A DNA stretch of 64,000 nucleotides from a bacterium. GTDB lineage: Bacteria > Patescibacteriota > Microgenomatia > UBA10105 > UBA927. The stretch is taken from positions 2,067-66,066 of the forward strand of contig JAKAFY010000006.1 of the NCBI GenBank assembly GCA_021817785.1, in the 5' to 3' direction. The notes below the pieces were generated by a model that searched no databases, had not been told where the DNA came from, and saw nothing but the letters and a program-made list of their open reading frames with translations. This document shows, one piece after another, positions 59,693 to 64,000 of the stretch; position 1 is the stretch's first letter; each line of letters starts with the position of its first letter. A program made the translations under genes and the position numbers.

Positions 59693-60529
59693 ATGTGGAT
59701 TGCAAAAACCAATTTTGGTCTGAAACGTTTCGTAGGCATATTATTTCTTTTATCTGTTCTCCCATATATCAACCTCAGCGCGACAAACGGAAACACCTTG
59801 TTCTTTGCGATTCTTTTAATAACGTATATAGGTCTCGTTTTCTATAATGTTTATGACCGTGGACTTATCATTCGTATAAAGAAATTTTCTGTTGGCAAAA
59901 CAAAATATGAAGTACGTCTATGTATGTATTTTAAGTCATCACAACTAAGCACGAAATCAATTGTTATCACTCCCTCAGGAGCTATATTATCATCAATTCC
60001 GCTTGCAACTGGAGGGGAGTGGACATACTTTCCGTTTATTACGACGCTACTAAACAACCACCAGATCAAACGGGCGCTTGTATTGGGTGGCGGGGGAGGA
60101 GCAATACCATATATGCTTCTTCGTCATGGTATTTGTTTATCGGTTGATACAGTGGAAAAATATGCTTGCATGATTTCTATCGCCAAACAATATATGTTAC
60201 CAAAGCCGTTACCAACAGGATTACATCTTATCCATAATGACGCAAAAAAATATCTATCAAAAACAATAAAACCTTTTGATCTCATTATTGTTGATATATT
60301 TGAGGGAACTGTTCCTCAACTTGTGTGGGATAAACAGTTTATTAGCTCCATCAAACGATCTCTACGCAAAGACGGAATCCTCATAGTTAATTTCGGATTT
60401 AAGGAAAAAACGAATATTACAGAATTAGAACAATTGTATTCAAATACAATCTCTAATTTTTCTCTATACTACATAAACAACGCGATCATTGGTATTAGCA
60501 ATGCAACACCAACGTACGATAGAATTTGA
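59693..60529 (+). CDS. Membrane-anchored spermidine-synthase-like (class I SAM-dependent MTase fold) protein.
   Basis: Two N-terminal TM segments, then RALVLGGGGGAIP (a glycine-rich nucleotide loop) and LIIVDIFEG. Confidence 0.5.
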   Translation: MWIAKTNFGLKRFVGILFLLSVLPYINLSATNGNTLFFAILLITYIGLVFYNVYDRGLIIRIKKFSVGKTKYEVRLCMYFKSSQLSTKSIVITPSGAILSSIPLATGGEWTYFPFITTLLNNHQIKRALVLGGGGGAIPYMLLRHGICLSVDTVEKYACMISIAKQYMLPKPLPTGLHLIHNDAKKYLSKTIKPFDLIIVDIFEGTVPQLVWDKQFISSIKRSLRKDGILIVNFGFKEKTNITELEQLYSNTISNFSLYYINNAIIGISNATPTYDRI

Positions 60530-60532
60530 CCT

Positions 60533-61306
60533 ATGCAGACATTCCATATACCTATTGCAGGAACCGCATTTGATATCCAAACAGATGAAGCAGAAATTAT
60601 CCGCTTCATATCAAACGTATACGCATCTTCCCAACTGCCGATATTAAAAAACGATCCGCTGACAACAATTACTATCTCATACGGCCCCGCACATATAACG
60701 GTCGATATTACAAAAAAAATGGCACTTATTTTAACGCCAGAAAAATCCCCGAATTTGCCATTAGTGTTTGATATGGTACGGTCCGGAGTTAGTCAATTTC
60801 TTCCATTGCATGATGCGTTGCTACTCCATGCATCAGTCGTTGTATCAGATAATCAAGCATATATTTTTTCAGGACCGGTAGGTGCCGGAAAATCTACCAT
60901 ACGGAAGCTTCTTAATGCCAAGCCATGCTACGGTGACGACACGGCTGTCTTGAAGCGGGAAACGCATGGCTGGGTAGCATACCCATCACCACTCTACGAG
61001 TCGTCCCAACGCGTCTATGAAGGGAAAAAGGTGCCAATAAAAGGCATATATTTTATTTATCAAAATAAAAATCAGCTAACTCGACTTCCCTTATCAACTG
61101 CTTACATAGAAGTCGTACGTGGCCTCAAACATTATCTTAATGACCCCTTTACGATTCATTCTACTGGCGTTAACAATCTTGAAAAGCATGTTACCAATGT
61201 GACAAATGACTTATGCGAACAAATAGCGCGATCTATCCCCTGTTATTCTCTTGGATTCAGCAACAACAATCTTGCGTTTTGGGATTTGGTACGGTACACT
61301 CGCTAG
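60533..61306 (+). CDS. HPr kinase-related P-loop kinase (HprK C-terminal domain-like).
   Basis: LHASVVVSDNQAYIFSGPVGAGKST, the typical HprK-like block preceding the P-loop. Confidence 0.55.
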   Translation: MQTFHIPIAGTAFDIQTDEAEIIRFISNVYASSQLPILKNDPLTTITISYGPAHITVDITKKMALILTPEKSPNLPLVFDMVRSGVSQFLPLHDALLLHASVVVSDNQAYIFSGPVGAGKSTIRKLLNAKPCYGDDTAVLKRETHGWVAYPSPLYESSQRVYEGKKVPIKGIYFIYQNKNQLTRLPLSTAYIEVVRGLKHYLNDPFTIHSTGVNNLEKHVTNVTNDLCEQIARSIPCYSLGFSNNNLAFWDLVRYTR

Positions 61307-61307
61307 C

Positions 61308-61592
61308 ATGAAAAAATTAACGGTAAAAACAATTATTAAAAAAAATAGAGACGTGGTACAAAAAGAACTTAATGGCATTACGTATCTCATGAATCCTCAT
61401 GACAAAACCGTTCATACCCTGAACGAAACTGCTTCGTTCATCTGGAAATCATTTAACACACCGACATCTATCCAAATGATAGCGGATAAATTAACGTCCG
61501 AGTATAAAATAGATAAACACAAAGCGCTTGAGGATATTCTTGACTTTGTAGAAATGTATATTGATCATGACATGATTCTCGCTTCAACATAA
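61308..61592 (+). CDS. PqqD-family protein (RiPP recognition element-like peptide chaperone).
   Basis: ~95 aa with LNGITYLMNPHDKTVHTLNETASFIWK...SIQMIADKLTSEY...LEDILDFVEMYIDHDMI (the PqqD pattern). The start was chosen at MKKLT. Confidence 0.55.
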   Translation: MKKLTVKTIIKKNRDVVQKELNGITYLMNPHDKTVHTLNETASFIWKSFNTPTSIQMIADKLTSEYKIDKHKALEDILDFVEMYIDHDMILAST

Positions 61593-62341
61593 TGTCGTCA
61601 CTATCACATTGGCTGATTCTCCACAAAAAACAGGTTAAAAATACTTTGTTCGTCTTTGCACATCCCGATGACGAAGTTATTCATGGCGGAGCACTCTTAT
61701 ATTGGATGGCTGCACATAGCTTTACCCCGCACGTTCTCATTCTGACCCATGGGGAGAATGGAATAAATCGTACATATACAAATCGTAGCCGTCTCACAAA
61801 TATACGTCACAAAGAATTTATCGCCGTCATGAAACAGGCTCATATAATGCATGCCTCAATCCTACATTTACCAGACGGGGGGTTGATTGCATGCCAACGC
61901 GATACACGTTCGATAATCCACACCTACTGTCATGATCATCATATAGGGGCAATCGTCACCCACGACCCCACAGGGGGAACGGGTCATCCAGATCACATTA
62001 CTATTAGTTGGATATGCAAACAACTTGCCACCGCAAATAATCTTCATTTATTTTATTCGATAGATCCGATGATTCAATACAATAAGGATATAAAATATAC
62101 GCGGTATGAGCTAGCACTTTCCAAAAAAATGGTGCTGAAAAAGATTCAACTTCTTGAGATGTATGTGAGTCAAATTACCAAAAAAGAAATCTCTGCCATA
62201 ACGCTCCGGTTATTATTTACACCATACGAATATTTTGCATGTATTAAGAAAGGACCACGCGTCGCATTCAAATATACTCGGTTTCACCCAAGAGGATATA
62301 CGTTTGTACCTGATACACATACTCGTACTGTGCATGTTTAA
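61592..62341 (+). CDS. PIG-L/LmbE family deacetylase (second copy).
   Basis: FVFAHPDDEVIHGG and THDPTGGTGHPDH. Confidence 0.75.
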   Translation: MSSLSHWLILHKKQVKNTLFVFAHPDDEVIHGGALLYWMAAHSFTPHVLILTHGENGINRTYTNRSRLTNIRHKEFIAVMKQAHIMHASILHLPDGGLIACQRDTRSIIHTYCHDHHIGAIVTHDPTGGTGHPDHITISWICKQLATANNLHLFYSIDPMIQYNKDIKYTRYELALSKKMVLKKIQLLEMYVSQITKKEISAITLRLLFTPYEYFACIKKGPRVAFKYTRFHPRGYTFVPDTHTRTVHV

Positions 62342-62655
62342 TCGTTCTGGTCTGAGTCTCTGAAATGCGAAAAGGGGGACTCATCTCTAAATCCCTAGGC
62401 CACAGCCGCCGCCATGAGCGTTATCAAGGACCAATGAAGCAACGCTCTTTCGATAGAATTAAGCCGGGTTCTTTCCGCACCGAATAGATTCCTCTCATAG
62501 AGGGCTACATGATGGTCGCGGTTTCCGACGTCAAAATGGCAAGTTTCTCTATTTTTACTGATGGTTTCTGGTATTTTTTCATTCCGGCTGACTTTTTTAT
62601 TATTTTTTTCATCGTATATCCTCCTTGTCTATTAAATATAACAATTATTAAACGT

Positions 62656-63711
62656 ATGTCAACACTCCGCTTTCGGTGCTATACTACCCCAATCATGATT
62701 CGCCACACGTTATCAGTAATCATTCCGACTCGCAAACGAGCAGCCACACTTCAAAATACCTTGGCTGCTTTGTCGCTCCAAAATCCGAAGCCTCACCAGG
62801 TGATTATCGTAAATAATTGCGTTGATAAACAAACTGATTCGGTCGTTGCAGCGTTTACCAGTAGCTTGCCGATACAATATTATTCCGAGCTGCGAACGGG
62901 ACCGTCATTTGCGCGCAATACGGGGTTTCGACATGCTACGGGCACCGTAATTGCATTTTTAGATGACGACTGCGTGCCTGCAAAACACTGGGTCCGCGAT
63001 ATCCTGGCCACATACAAAACCAACGCATATCCTGACAGGATCTTCCAAGGATATTGCTCACACGTGTTCCCGACAACCAATATTCTCACCGATATGTTTT
63101 ATTTCCGAAATACATATAACATACCCAAAAATATTGGCGCCCGGCGCGGTAATACACTCCGTGTTATTGACTCGACGCTTGCCGGTTGTTGTTTCATGAA
63201 TCGAAACGTGCTTGATAAGATGCCGTACGTATTCGATACGGAATTATTTCCATTTATCGGTGAAGAAAGAGACTTCAGCGTACGAGCACAGCTTGCCGGG
63301 GCCGTCATAATGCAACATCCAAAAGTTGCGGTTGTGCACTATAAACAGGCGGCACGAAATCCGTTGAAATCTTTTCAAAACGCATTTATGGTTGGCAGAG
63401 CGTATAAAATCATGCAGCTCAAATATCTTCCATATTCACCAGCGAGGCAATTGTTTGGAGCAGAAGTCAAATCTTTGCCACATGAACCCCACATCATGGT
63501 ATGGCATCATATTCGCCTTTTTTGGGAGTTATATCATAATAAATCCGTATTCTGGAAATGCGCTGCATTTTCATTTGAGACAGTTAGGTCTCTTTTTTCA
63601 TTATTCGGCATGGCATATACTCAAATAGTGTTTGGCGGACGATTCAATGATCTGAAGACGACGCATTCATCCACAACACGACGCGATACGCTGTTGCCAA
63701 CAAGCGGATAA
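62656..63711 (+). CDS. Glycosyltransferase family 2.
   Basis: LSVIIPTRKRA and AFLDDDCVPAKHW. The start is uncertain (62656 or 62695). Confidence 0.7.
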   Translation: MSTLRFRCYTTPIMIRHTLSVIIPTRKRAATLQNTLAALSLQNPKPHQVIIVNNCVDKQTDSVVAAFTSSLPIQYYSELRTGPSFARNTGFRHATGTVIAFLDDDCVPAKHWVRDILATYKTNAYPDRIFQGYCSHVFPTTNILTDMFYFRNTYNIPKNIGARRGNTLRVIDSTLAGCCFMNRNVLDKMPYVFDTELFPFIGEERDFSVRAQLAGAVIMQHPKVAVVHYKQAARNPLKSFQNAFMVGRAYKIMQLKYLPYSPARQLFGAEVKSLPHEPHIMVWHHIRLFWELYHNKSVFWKCAAFSFETVRSLFSLFGMAYTQIVFGGRFNDLKTTHSSTTRRDTLLPTSG

Positions 63712-63991
63712 ACATAGAATACCCTCTGGTTTTCCGATACGTATAACGCACAATAAGTCTATGAATAAATCGTACACTTGGCGCATTCAAGCTATAGGTT
63801 TTACCAGCTATTGTAAGCCGCGTTGCTACGCCAATAATTGAACTTCTTGCAAGCCATCCGTCTGAATACCCCAGCGCATCTCCTTTGATTTCATATGTTA
63901 CAGATGGTTGCTCTTTTATGTGTACCACTCTGTGTCCGATAAGATCATTTCCCCGGTAGAATACAACGACATCGCCACATTGCGCGGTCAA
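63644..63991 (-). CDS. Possible signal peptidase I-like (S26) C-terminal fragment. The gene start lies beyond the window end.
   Basis: GDVVVFYRGNDLIGHRVV resembles the SPase I box. This is a weak call. Confidence 0.3.
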   Translation of the reverse strand: MTAQCGDVVVFYRGNDLIGHRVVHIKEQPSVTYEIKGDALGYSDGWLARSSIIGVATRLTIAGKTYSLNAPSVRFIHRLIVRYTYRKTRGYSMFIRLLATAYRVVLWMNASSSDH

Positions 63992-64000
63992 GTCATAATC

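Noticed and set aside
60533-62341. A lasso-peptide biosynthetic cluster (kinase plus PqqD, as in paeninodin-type loci).
   Set aside because: No asparagine-synthetase-like lasso cyclase, no transglutaminase-like B2 protease and no convincing precursor with a Thr-x-Gly leader end were found. The pair is kept only as an unusual kinase/RRE finding.
1-64000. CRISPR arrays, rRNA genes, IS elements or transposases.
   Set aside because: No regularly spaced direct repeats, no rRNA-like conserved stretches and no transposase-like ORFs were found on either strand.

Overview
The gene content looks like a small-genome, Patescibacteria/CPR-like bacterium (DUF4012, DUF5652-like, four-helix-bundle protein, very many glycosyltransferases). 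This is an inference from gene content only.

The first ~36 kb is mostly minus-strand housekeeping:
- A partial ftsH.
- A tryptophan-specific translation island: a bacterial-type TrpRS carrying an N-terminal YbaK-like deacylase domain and a C-terminal tRNA-binding domain, a second archaeal/eukaryotic-type TrpRS, a degenerate aaRS-like ORF, and tRNA-Trp(CCA).
- Two tRNA(CAT) genes flanking a polysaccharide deacetylase.
- A sulfatase-like enzyme, ftsB-like, a Xer recombinase and valS with a T-box-like leader.
- An efp-epmA pair, rplY and a DUF4012 protein.
- The conserved rpmH-rnpA-yidD-yidC-jag block, in which rpmH is frameshifted as given.
- murD next to a PP-loop ATPase, then three secreted or surface proteins.

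From ~36 kb to the end the sequence becomes visibly AT-richer. It is a large cell-envelope glycan island with:
- Two paralogous Wzm/Wzt ABC exporter pairs.
- About 13 glycosyltransferases (GT2, GT4, GT8-like, GT26, CgeB-like and a triplicated GT1-like family).
- A PglC-like phosphoglycosyl transferase and Wzy/WaaL-like membrane proteins.
- A B12-binding radical SAM enzyme and an SGNH hydrolase.
- Two LmbE/PIG-L deacetylases and a membrane-anchored spermidine-synthase-fold protein.
- An HprK-like P-loop kinase with a PqqD-like (RRE) partner.
- A PQQ-propeller/glycoside-hydrolase-like fusion protein.

No CRISPR array, rRNA or clear mobile element was seen.
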